Assembly: GCF_964194025.1 (NCBI RefSeq)
Contig: NC_134468.1
Location: 71,052,001-71,116,000, forward strand
DNA length: 64,000 nucleotides
From: Convolutriloba macropyga
Lineage: Eukaryota
Reading direction: 5' to 3'
Shown in pieces: positions 53,671 through 64,000 of the stretch. A model generated the notes under the pieces. The model saw only the letters and a program-made list of their open reading frames with translations. It made no database searches and was not told the DNA's origin. Position 1 is the first letter of the stretch. Each line of letters starts with the position of its first letter. The translations under genes were made by a program, and so were the position numbers.

Positions 53671-54870
53671 CAAAAATCCCATGCTCTGGCTGCAAAAACG
53701 AGTACAAAGGGAATCTCTCCGATAGGTGAATATTCTTAAGGCTACCTGTTAAAAAGGTACGATGATGCGTACGTAAAAATTTATAATGGACAAAAAGTTC
53801 AATCTGAATTATCCTGAATTTTCGTCCAAAAAACTAGTATTGGAACCATATCTGTTAACAAAATTCAATAATATCTACACGTGTTGAAATTTATAAGATT
53901 TGCTCTGCTGCATAACTGTTTAATGTTAATCAAAAACCCAAGTTTCCATAAGTCAAGAATATATCGACAAGTATTTTGGGACGGAATTAAGAAAAAAATT
54001 GTTTTTACTAATGACTATGATATCAATTCAAAAAATTGTCCCAATTTTTCGGGTCTAGACTTTATCAGGAAAAAAGTGATAATTAATCTACACCCACCGG
54101 CTCTACATTTGCAAGGAAAAAATAAAATTACGGTTAAAATTTTTTTTTCTCACCGCAAAGCATCCGTATGTTTGAAATGTGAATTTTTGCACGAACTACT
54201 CTGAATTATTATTTTACATAACAGTCTCTACGATTCTTACAAAACTCAAAGTCCTTAACTTGGCTTCGAACTGACTTTAGAATGTTTATTGGTACCTCAT
54301 CTTCCATTGCTCCATCAATCATATACATTAATTGCATTTGTTTTGTATCTAAGTGAGAGCCATGCAATAATTGATGCAAATTTTAAGATTTTCAGTGAAT
54401 GGGTGCATTGCTTTTTTCTTGCAATAAAAGTTTTGAAATAAAATTTTGCGTTGATTTTTTTTGAATTTTATGATGAAGTTAGGTTAGCAGTCAATTGTTG
54501 TTAGAATTGGGACATTACGAGCCATTTACCGCTTTAATTCCACAAAACGCATCTTAATACGTTAAATCTTAATGTAAAAAGGGCCTTACAGTGCGGGATA
54601 TGGCAACAAAGGAATGATTACACTAATTAGTAATTTAACAATTTTTCCTTTGTAGACAAATTTCACAAAGTAGACAAAATAGCGCAATATGAATTATATT
54701 TAAATATAATTATTCGCGGAGAAATTTTTTGCACCGCATTTATCAGTTTTCACATCATTTCTAACAATAAGTCACGGCATTCACCGCAATTCGAACATAA
54801 TCGCGTTTTTACTGCAGTAGTTGCAGAAAAACAAAACTCGAATGATTAAGATCTTATTAATGTGACTAAC

Positions 54871-55116
54871 TTTGCAATTTTGGTAGAGTCTAGTATGCAG
54901 AAAGCACTCTTGGAAGACTTTGAGGGGAAGTAAGCAGTTCTAAAGTTCAAGGTCAGGTCAGCTATGAAGACTGAGTCAGTGAGGCTGGATAGGATGGCCC
55001 ACTGGATGCCTGTCTCGCCATTGGTGTTGTCCCCATGGTCCACGAAAGTGATGGCAATAGGAAGGAGCACAAGGTTCACCACAAGTACACACAGCATGAG
55101 GAAGTCCCACGTGATA
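54871..55116 (-). CDS. HCN: HCN-like channel exon: S1-S2
   Basis: ITWDFLMLCVLVVNLVLLPIAITF...DSVFIADLTLNFRTA...ILDSTKIA(K); tttcag / GTTAGT; 246 nt, phase 2-2. Joins the next exon as KIAKNYLKTWF. Confidence 0.95.
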
Positions 55117-56196
55117 CTGAAACATTTCAAACACTTTTTGAGGAATGAGGAACACTTTTTGTTGTAATGATGTTGACAGAAAACGTCGCAAAGAATAAAT
55201 CACAAATTATTGGGGATTATCGGTGCAAGCAGAATGTTTAGCTTGACGTTTAATGTTGAGCAAAACTTTGGCGACCAGATTCTTATTTGCCTGTCTTTAA
55301 TTTATCATTAGTTCAATTTGAATAATGGTAATTTGATTAAACTTGGTAGAGCTTCGTACAAAAAACTTAAGAGAGGAAAATTTTCAATTTGTTACTTAGT
55401 CAAATCCTTTCAGGAGACCAATAATGATGAAATGGGAAGATGATGGAATTGAAATAAAGCAACCAAAAATAGTAATTGGAGCATGAAACAGGAACTTGAT
55501 ACTCAACAAATCAAAGCCGAGTCATTCAGTTCAGCGTTTTATACCATAAGTTGGTCAGTTCTGAAACATACATCCCGGGTGGAAAATGGCACGTACCTAT
55601 CACTCATATCGGAGACTCTACCAGTGATTCAAACTCGCGCTTGTCGTACAATTGTCTAGCAACTCAACTAACCGTTCTTTGTGGTACTAATCAATAGGTT
55701 CGCTTATGTGCTATAACAGACAAATTATTTGCGCTGTAATTACTAACCTACTTTCAAAATAGCAATGAAAAATGAGGATTACCTTAAATGCACTGAGGAC
55801 TGTAAACTTACGCATTTTCGCGCTCAAAATTTTTCCCAGTGCAAAAACATTGACATGTCTCGAAGTATTCATTGCACCTGCATCTGCATGTAAAATCCGT
55901 TGCTGTCTCAATGTGAAGTTCCAATTTGAGTCAAGTTTGAATGTAATTTTTAAACAAAAAAAATTGACTGTTAGGAAAATTATTTTTTCTGCTTGCATTA
56001 TTAAGTCACCAAAGTTTTTCGTTGATTAAAGCCGGGTTAAGAAATGGATAGAGAAAGGGTCGATAGTACGTTTGTGTCAAAATGATGGTTGGTAATTTAG
56101 CCTGCAATGTTAAAATTATGTTCAACATTGCAGGCTAAATTACCAATCATCATCTTCAAAGTCTGAACCTTCGTTTTCTTGGCTTCCCAAAAGTAA

Positions 56197-58272
56197 CAAG
56201 GAGTCTCGGTGATGTGTGTTTGCACAAAATGTGCCGGACTTAAGTGCCGTCTACCAATTGAGGACGACAAATTAATTAAGGCCTCAATTAACAACAAAAA
56301 AAAACAAGCTTCAATTAGGACCAAAACACAATCTCTATCTATTTTAAAACAAAAAAGGACAAAAAATCATCAGAAAAAAACTAAACTAAAAAAGTTAATT
56401 TGAGTTTCACGAGGAAAGATATGGGACCTGTCTTTACCGAGAAAATTTAACAAGTAGATAAAAACCAAAAAAGGCAAAGTTTAAAAATACGTTTAAACTA
56501 TCTGAAACAAACAACTTCAAAGTCATGAAAATTAATAGATATCAAATGAAAGCAATAAATGGTGTCATTTATACCGTCATAGCAAGCCATTGACAACTGG
56601 CATTATCCTCAATGTTGAAACTACAAAGAGAAACCATACAAGCAAATATCAAAGTCTCTAATAATTAGGGAGAAAACGGCGTCGAAAACTGCATAATCCA
56701 TTCACTAATAATGTTAAATATAATAGATTGCGCCTTCTTGCAAAATCCAATATGAAATATAAGATTTTTCATTGAAGTGTTAATCGGATAAGACAGTTCC
56801 AGCAGAGGAAACTTTCCAAAAAAAATTCCAACAGAGGAAACTCACTCTCTGCTGACACTATGACACAAGGTGACAGAAATCAAATGGAAAATGCCAAAGC
56901 TGAAAAACCAGTAATTGTTTTTGAAATCAAACTCTTTCAAAACATAGGTAATAAAAACTAGAGGCCTTCAACTCAAAATTAGTAAATAAATTAACTGGTT
57001 ACTGCTTAGGGATCTTATCGGATCCCTCATCAGTTCAAATAAGACAAAAGACTACAAAATAACGAATACATGCAGAACTCAAAATTCAAACAATTATACG
57101 TAGACACAGTTTTAAAGACAAAAAATAATCTTTCCACTGAAATTAAAACGTATACTTATTGGCCTTTATTTGCACGCAAATATGGTATAACAACAAGTGA
57201 TTTGTGACGTGAAACCGTTCTGGTCTGTTTCTAACATAAAAAAAGAAAAATAGAAAAAAAAACATTTTTAAAAGGACAGCGCCACATTACAATCTGACCA
57301 AAATAATTTCTGATATCGCTGCTCGTCCAATAAAGTGAGTAATTATACCAAACCTTACAGAAAAGCATAATTCAATAAAAAGTCATTGACAAAAAATATC
57401 AAGTTTGGATTATTACCGAGAAATATCAGAAAAATCACTAGGTATCAACTGAAAGTATTAGATAGTTTCTTTAACACTACTTTAGATAGCGAAGTAGACC
57501 ACTGATTATTCAGACAGTGTCAGTTAAGATTACAAAAAGATAAGATATCAAATGCCGGCTAGACTAAAAAGTTCTTTAAAAAATTACAAAAACAATTTGA
57601 CGGAGCCACAGAAACATGAACTTTATTCAGAAAACACAAAATTTATTTTTTGGGCCGCATATCAACTTAAATTGGACCTCTCATTGATTTGATGCGATGG
57701 TTCCAAACTATTCTTTTATAGATTTTCGGGCAACCGAATTGCGCACTATATCAAAAACAAATGATGCAATTTCAACAATCATTGATTTAAATCAGCGAAT
57801 TAAAATGTCTGCACTGCTAGTCAAATTAAACAAAGTGGGCTAAGAAGCAAAACTAGTACCATTTGTAAATAAAAAACAAAAACTGGTGAATTTTCAAAAT
57901 TTTAGGCACAAAAGTTAGTTCAATTAATTTAGGAAGTCTCTTCTGTCTTCGAACGTAAAACCATCGAGACAATCGTTGTTAATTTCGTCACATTTTTAGC
58001 AAAATTGATCAAAATTTCAGCGAAAAAATCCAAGAAAGGTGAATAAAACAACGAAAGTGAGGCTAACTTCCTCAAAACTTCAAACCTCAAAAAACACAAA
58101 AAAACACAAAATTCGAAAAAAAAATCTTTTGAAATTCATATTCTACGCTTGCCATGCTATCTAATGATACCACTGTCAACTATGTACGATTAATATATCG
58201 ATCGGCGAAAATTGACTTAAAAAACAACCAGTTGAGCATACAGTTTTGAACTCACTAAAGTGAGTCAAAACA
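56197..58272 (-). mobile_element. Helentron-like (HINE) element, copy 4
   Basis: + strand AACAAGGAG..GATGTGTGTTTGCACA matches the copy-3 end. ATCGATCGGCGAAAATTGAC (~58197) is the reverse complement of the 5' core. 56300-56500 aligns with 51600-51800. Confidence 0.7.
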
Positions 58273-59079
58273 ATTAAAACTCTTCTTCTGTCGCAAAAGA
58301 AATCTACTTTTTTGAATTACTATGTTTCTACGCTCAGCGTTTGTTTTCCTATATTACTGTTGAGTCTTTTTTTTAATCTTCCAAACATTTTTAAGATGCT
58401 GAAATTCATAGAAAAAAACAGCTCCTAGAAAAACAAAAACTAGATGAGCGCTCTCTGTATTTCATTATTCAAAATTTGACGATGAGAAATTTGAATTGTA
58501 ATGAAACTATAAAAAATTTTCACGCTGAGAAAGACATTCGGTAATTCATGGAACGTATTTTTCAAAATATTTAGAAAACACCACAGATTATGAGCACGTC
58601 TACTATTTCATACTAGCTCCGCTTAAAAATTCTGGGGAAATTTAGCGATTACGAATTCGAAAAGGAATGGGGAAAACGATGTCAATTTTTTTTTTACAAT
58701 TATTATGGTGCAATATTGCACGCTAAAATTATTTTAGTTTTTACCAGACCCAAAGGCTCTAATCACTCAACTCTCATGGTGATCAGCTTTTTTCATTTAT
58801 AACTGGACCTTCAGATGTAGCTAAGAGAACCAAGCGTTTTTGATGTATTTACAATTCATGTATTTGTATGTAAGAGTCTTTGTTGCCAAAACCAGTTTTC
58901 GAGTTGCGCAAGCCTGAAAAATAAGGAGAAAATTATGGATGGAAAGGAGCCTGAACTTGTGTACTAGCATACCTGACTTCCCTGCAAGAGATCACATAAG
59001 TAGTAATAGTTAAGCAAAGCTGGGGGGGGGTAAAAGGAAGTACCTATGTATTAACATTAGGTATAGCCTCCTACCCTCC

Positions 59080-59652
59080 AATTTCCAAAGATGTACCTCC
59101 TCACAGCATGATACCCAAGCTGTTCACACGAAGGGGATTAGCAAGATAATCCTTCAATAATAATTTAGGATGACTCATTTACAGTTACGTACGACTTTTC
59201 AAAAATGTACCTCACAGCATGAAAGCCAAGCTGTTCACACGAAGGGGATTAGCAAAATAGTGCCTTAACATCGAATCAGTAAGGTCATTGACCCCCTACC
59301 ATATTGCACTTTAATAATGTAAATTTCCAAAGACGTACCTCACAACATGATACCCAAGCTGTTCCCACGAAGGGGATTAGCAAGATAATCCCTTAATAAC
59401 AAAATAAGAAGGTCAATTACCCATTCGCATATTACACTTCACCAATGTCAATTGCCAAAGACGCACCTCACAGTATGATATCCAAGCTGTTCACACAAAG
59501 GGGATAAGCTAGGTAATGTTTTAATATTAAATTAGATAGGGTGACTCATTTACAGTTACGTACGGCTTACGTGATCTTCAAAAATGTACCTCACAGCATG
59601 ATACCCAAGCTGTTGACACGAAGTAGATTAGTAAGATAATTCCTTAATAATA
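59080..59652 (+). repeat. Array 1: five ~111-128 bp units
   Basis: Core CTCACAGCATGATACCCAAGCTGTTCACACGAAGGGGATTAGCAAGATA at ~59100, 59211, 59339, 59467, 59590. Confidence 0.95.
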
Positions 59653-59664
59653 TTATCCGCGTAG

Positions 59665-60330
59665 ATAAAAAAATACCCAATTCTGTCTAAAAATTACCCA
59701 AAACTTGCTAAAAAGTACCGAATTCTTGCCAAAAATAGACAACTGTTACCAAAAATTATCCAATTATTACCAAAAAATACCAAATTCTTGCTTAAAAATA
59801 CACAATTCTTGCCAAAAATATCCAATTCTTGCTAAAAAAATACCCAACTCTTGAAAAAACACCCAATTCATGCCAAAAAATACTGAATTCTGTCTAAAAA
59901 ATACCCAAAACTTGCTAAAAAGTACCAAAAATTAGACAAATGTTATCAAAAATTATCCAATTATTGCCAAAAAATTCACAATTATTGCCTAAAAACACAC
60001 AATTTCTGCCAAAAATACCCAATTCTTGCTAAAAATATCGAGTTCTTGAGAAAAACACACAAATCATGCCAAAAAATACCCAAAAAATGCAAAAATATTA
60101 CCCAATTGATGCTAAAAAATACCCAATTCTGTCTAAAAACTACACAAAACTTGCTAAAAAGTACCGAATTGCTGCCAAAAAAGCCAATTATTACAAAAAA
60201 TTATCTAATTATTGCCAAAAAATATCAAATTCTTGCTTAAAAATGCCCAATTCTTGCCAAAATACCCAATTCTTGATTAAAAAAATCCCCAATTCTTGAA
60301 AAAAATACCCAATTCTGACAAACACTTTCC
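59665..60330 (+). repeat. ~20-bp minisatellite (AAAAATACCCAATTCTTGCC) with ~210-240 bp higher-order repeat
   Basis: Marker AATTCTGTCTAAAAA...AAAACTTGCTAAAAAGTACC recurs at ~59679, 59886 and 60125. Confidence 0.92.
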
Positions 60331-61016
60331 AAAACATTAAAAGAAATTAACCAATACAGGTTGAAAATAGCCATTTCTTACCACAAAAACTACATTTTTG
60401 CCAAAAAAAACCTAATTCCTATCAAAACCGAAAAAAATTCTATTAAAAACTGTCCAATTCCTGCCACTTATATTTACCAAAAGTAGCTGAATCTTGTCAA
60501 AAATACTCAAATTTTACCCAATTTTCTTTAGTATTGTCGAAAAACACCTAAATTATAAGCAATATAACAAAATTTTATCAAATATTTATCCGAAATATAT
60601 CAAAAATTATACAACTTGCCATCATCTGTATTTATTTAAATTCATTCTGTCAATCCAATTATTTAGTGATCTTACAAACATCATTTTTTGACATCTTCCT
60701 TTGTAAGAACGAATCTTCTCAGGTGATCGATAGAGGTTTTATGAGCACAAATTTATCAGGAATTTTTCACTATCGTTAGAAATTAGTCGTAAATGTATCA
60801 ATTAAGTCCTAATACCAAAAAAATCACGTCATACTGTCTTCGCAAATACGGACAATTAGGTGATTTCATCCTTGCAAGGGAGCCGCTCAACAAAATGTAG
60901 GTAAACTAATACGTATGATTACCACAATTACCGAATTACAGATACCTAGGTATTGTATGGGTCATTGAACTCATGTGACCCACATCGAAAACAAAACTTT
61001 ACAAGTCTCAGACAAC

Positions 61017-61238
61017 ATGGAACTAAGCAGATTCGTCCGTTTTTGTGACTATGAGTTTGCTTATAGACCAATGTATAAAAATTTACTCGGATTTTTTGAG
61101 CAGGAGAGAGAACTTAAATTCCTCTGGTGTTTGTCTGACGACTTTGAAAATTTGCAGAAACCTGATAAGGATTGTGATGAGTGGGAAAATGTGTCACTGA
61201 CAGAGAGTTTTATTGCAAGAAGAAGAAAACGCAATTGA
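61017..61238 (+). pseudogene. Short intronless ORF remnant of unknown function
   Basis: MELSRFVRFCDYEFAYRPMYKNLLGFFEQ... has coding-like composition and may continue by frameshift to about 61390. No recognisable motif. Confidence 0.3.
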
Positions 61239-62183
61239 CCCCAAGTTTGGCATTAAAAAATTTGACAAGACAGCTCCCTTGTCGTGTTTTTCTACGGAAA
61301 CTGGGCAAGATGCAAAGGAAGAGGTACAGGAAGCGTCGGCTGTTAAAAACACTTCACTAAAGTCTGTCGGAACCAACCTTAGTACAATCTAGCTTGCTGG
61401 TATGCCTCGCTATACTCTCCCTCACTTGACTAATGAAAAACTCATTACTAACATCACGTGACCATACTAAAAACAGAAATGACATAAATACTAAATCATT
61501 TTCTACACAACTTTCATTGACTTAACAAAATGTTTTATAAGATCTTATCGGCTACGAGGTTTTTTGTTCCCAAATCTTCTGTGTTTTAATTAAGTTTCAT
61601 TGGCTCGATATATCGAGGTTAATTTTCAAGATATTTCAGTCATTTGTTTTTTTACCCTTACATTGTTCAGTTACCCTTATTCATCCAGGTTTTCTTATTT
61701 TCTGCTTCCAGATCTCATCTTTTGCTCAACTCACCAAAAGTAACTACCAAAAGTAGTAGTTCCAGTCATATCTTTTGGTAGTTTCATTCTTGTCAACATA
61801 TTCAATTGTTACGGAAACATACTTTCATGGTTTCCCGAAAATGAAAAACGCAAAAACTCTTTCTTATCAGCCTGTAAAATATGGGACAAAAATATAAATT
61901 CCGAATAAAATGACCAAAAATTTCCTCTTGGAGGACTTATTGGTTAAGCAAGTTCCTTTCTTGACTTTTTCTTTACTAGATTGAAAGTTTTTCGATTACT
62001 TGCTGTACTGCACGATTCTGCCGAATGGTCCAGGATACTGTTAGATGTTACCAAATTTTCCCAGCTCATGTTTCATGGTTTAACTGGGTTAATCTTTTTT
62101 GTTCTTATTAAACTTTTCCATCCTCAATTTTTCAAAAGACTAGACTGCTAATCATTTTTTGATATTGTAATCTAGAAAAAAGA

Positions 62184-62650
62184 ATGTCTCTCGTTGTATT
62201 TGATGTTGAGTGCTTGGAGGGGAAAATTGTTAAGGAGTTGGGTGTTTTCAAGGACGGAATTGTTTTGGGATTCAATTTCCTGCCACCCAAAGACTACCAA
62301 CCTACTTTTCAAGCAAGGTGGAACACTAAAAATTTACATGGGATCAATTGGAGCAGTGGAAAACTGGAAAATATTGAGTTGTCATCAATCATTCACCATT
62401 ATTGTTCACCTACAACAGAATACTTTGCGAAAGGTTTGGAGAAATGTAATCTCCTCTGAAATTACTTTTGTAAAGATGTGGAGAATCTAGATGATCTTGG
62501 TTGTCCAAAAGTTTCCAAACTTCTCAACAATTTGGATACTGACTGGGATTGCAGCAACTATCCGTATCGACAGGAAAAATTTTTCACTGTGCAGAGAAGA
62601 ACGCTTATGCTTTCGGAATTGGGACTCTTGATCATTTTGATAACGTATAA
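62184..62650 (+). pseudogene. DEDD/DnaQ-like exonuclease-fold gene with one in-frame stop and one frameshift
   Basis: MSLVVFDVE..IVKELGVF..FLPP..WNTKNLHGINWSSG..YFAKGLEKC..(TGA 62457)..VENLDDLGCPKV..CSNYPYR, then a shifted frame FHCAEKNAYAFG..* ending at 62650. Confidence 0.7.
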
Positions 62651-63249
62651 TATTTTTAAATTCTAATTGTATTTGTGTTCGTTTTGTAATTAGTTTTTTT
62701 TATTTTACTACTTTTTAAACCAGAGAAAGGTCGCATTGGAATATGTTTAGCTCGCTGCATATTATATGATGGCATAATAATGCTAGAAATTGACTAGTTT
62801 TCAAAATAATAATAGAGATTTCTTTTGAAATTGGGAACCAAGAAATTTCAGTTTAAAAGGTCACAGTTAAATGAAATATTAAAAATTAATTTAAAAAACA
62901 TTCGAAAGTTTCAAAAACTGGAGATTTGAAAAGGAGAAATATTTAAAAAACACAATTTTTATTGAGAACCTCATGTCAAAAACGATATTTTGAATCAACA
63001 TGTATTTAAAAAAAACCACTATAAAAAAATTTAATTGAACAAAAGTAGCTTAAAAACATCAAAAACTAACAAACCGAAAAAAAATCAATATACACGTTTT
63101 TTGTTTAAAACTTCATGTAATAAAAAACTGTACGTTTTTCTATGTTAAACAATGCAAGATAGTGCCTTAAAAATTTGTTTTAAACACAAAACAATAAAAA
63201 AAAATTAAAATGATAATGTATAAAGATTACGTATAGCCCATTTTACCTC

Positions 63250-63712
63250 AAATCCCAAAGACGTTCCTCACAGCATAATACCCAAGCTGTTCACGCGAGG
63301 GGGTTTAGCAAGATAATCCCTAAATATTAAATTAGTAAGGTCATTTACCCATTCCCATATTGCGCTTTAATAAGGTAAATTTCCAAAGACGTACCTGACA
63401 GCATGACACCCAAGCAGTTCACATAAAGGGGATCAGCAAGATAGTGCCGTAGCAACGAATCAGTAAGGTCGTTTACCCCTTACCATATTACACTTTAATG
63501 ATGTAAGTTTCCGAAGTCGTACCTCACGGCATGACACGCAAGCTGTTGACACGAGGGGGATTAGCAAGATAATCCCTTAATATTAAATTGGTAAGGTCAT
63601 TTACCCATTCCCATATTGCAGTTTACTAATGTAAATTTCCAAAGACGTGCCTCAGAGCATGACACCCAGGCTGTTCAAACGAAGGGGATTAGCAAGATAG
63701 TGCCTTAACAAC
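63250..63712 (+). repeat. Array 2: four 128-bp units, same family and orientation as array 1
   Basis: Core at ~63267, 63396, 63523 and 63651, with alternating linker variants. Confidence 0.95.
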
Positions 63713-64000
63713 AAATTTGTTAGAATGAGTCATATGTTCACCAGAAGGAACTAGGGGTATTAGTAGGTATTAAAGAAACAGCGGGTATCCAACTGTTGGG
63801 ACATAAGCTAATTACTCAATATCATGGGTCTTTTATGAATTGGGTATATATTGAATTAGATATTTTATAGTAAAATTGTGAATTGGGTATATATTGAATT
63901 GGGTATTTTTATGTAAAATTTTGAATTTAATTATTTTGTTTGAAAATGTTTTACTAAAATAGTTTTTAATCAAAGATTTCGTTTTCTACATAAGGTTTTT

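Larger units (their letters stand above)
58999..64000. mobile_element. Probable decayed Polinton/Maverick-like or endogenous DNA-virus segment
   Basis: Starts AGTAGT, followed by tandem arrays and intronless short ORF remnants including a DEDD-like gene. No polB, integrase or capsid gene is seen in the window. Confidence 0.4.

Noticed and set aside
59080-59652. CRISPR-like repeat-spacer appearance
   Set aside because: The linkers are homologous to one another and recur, the repeat core is about 60 bp, the context is eukaryotic, and there are no cas genes.
60046-60299. Lys-rich ORFs
   Set aside because: They are translations of the 20-bp minisatellite.
60798-60900. Minus-strand YDVIFLVLGLN resembling SGNH hydrolase block III
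   Set aside because: No GDS block upstream and a stop follows immediately, so chance is plausible.
62457-62459. TGA as selenocysteine or programmed read-through
   Set aside because: The same gene also has a frameshift and no SECIS was recognised; ordinary decay is simpler.

Overview
AT-rich, repeat-dense animal (eukaryotic) genomic DNA. The main host gene is a minus-strand HCN/Ih-family cyclic-nucleotide-gated channel. I reconstructed seven exons (55116->9934) with GT-AG junctions and a continuous reading frame, about 768 aa in the window; the N-terminal exon(s) are not visible here. The channel is divergent: selectivity filter GMGYG instead of CIGYG, a Lys-rich S4, Asn at the conserved post-S6 gating Asp, a long Gly/acidic S3-S4 loop, and a C-terminal ETAV PDZ motif. 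Downstream of the gene is a decayed Ty3/Gypsy LTR retrotransposon (1320-7877) whose left LTR is preceded by a second copy of the element's own 3' region. The introns hold four 2.1-2.8 kb Helentron/HINE-like elements with shared subterminal inverted repeats and a 3' hairpin, MITEs, a tRNA-derived SINE and several local duplications. From about 59.0 kb to the window end lies a probable decayed Polinton/Maverick-like or endogenous DNA-virus segment. It has two hairpin-bearing ~128-bp repeat arrays, a 20-bp minisatellite and a pseudogenised DEDD-like nuclease gene. All alignments were made by eye; no database searches were run.
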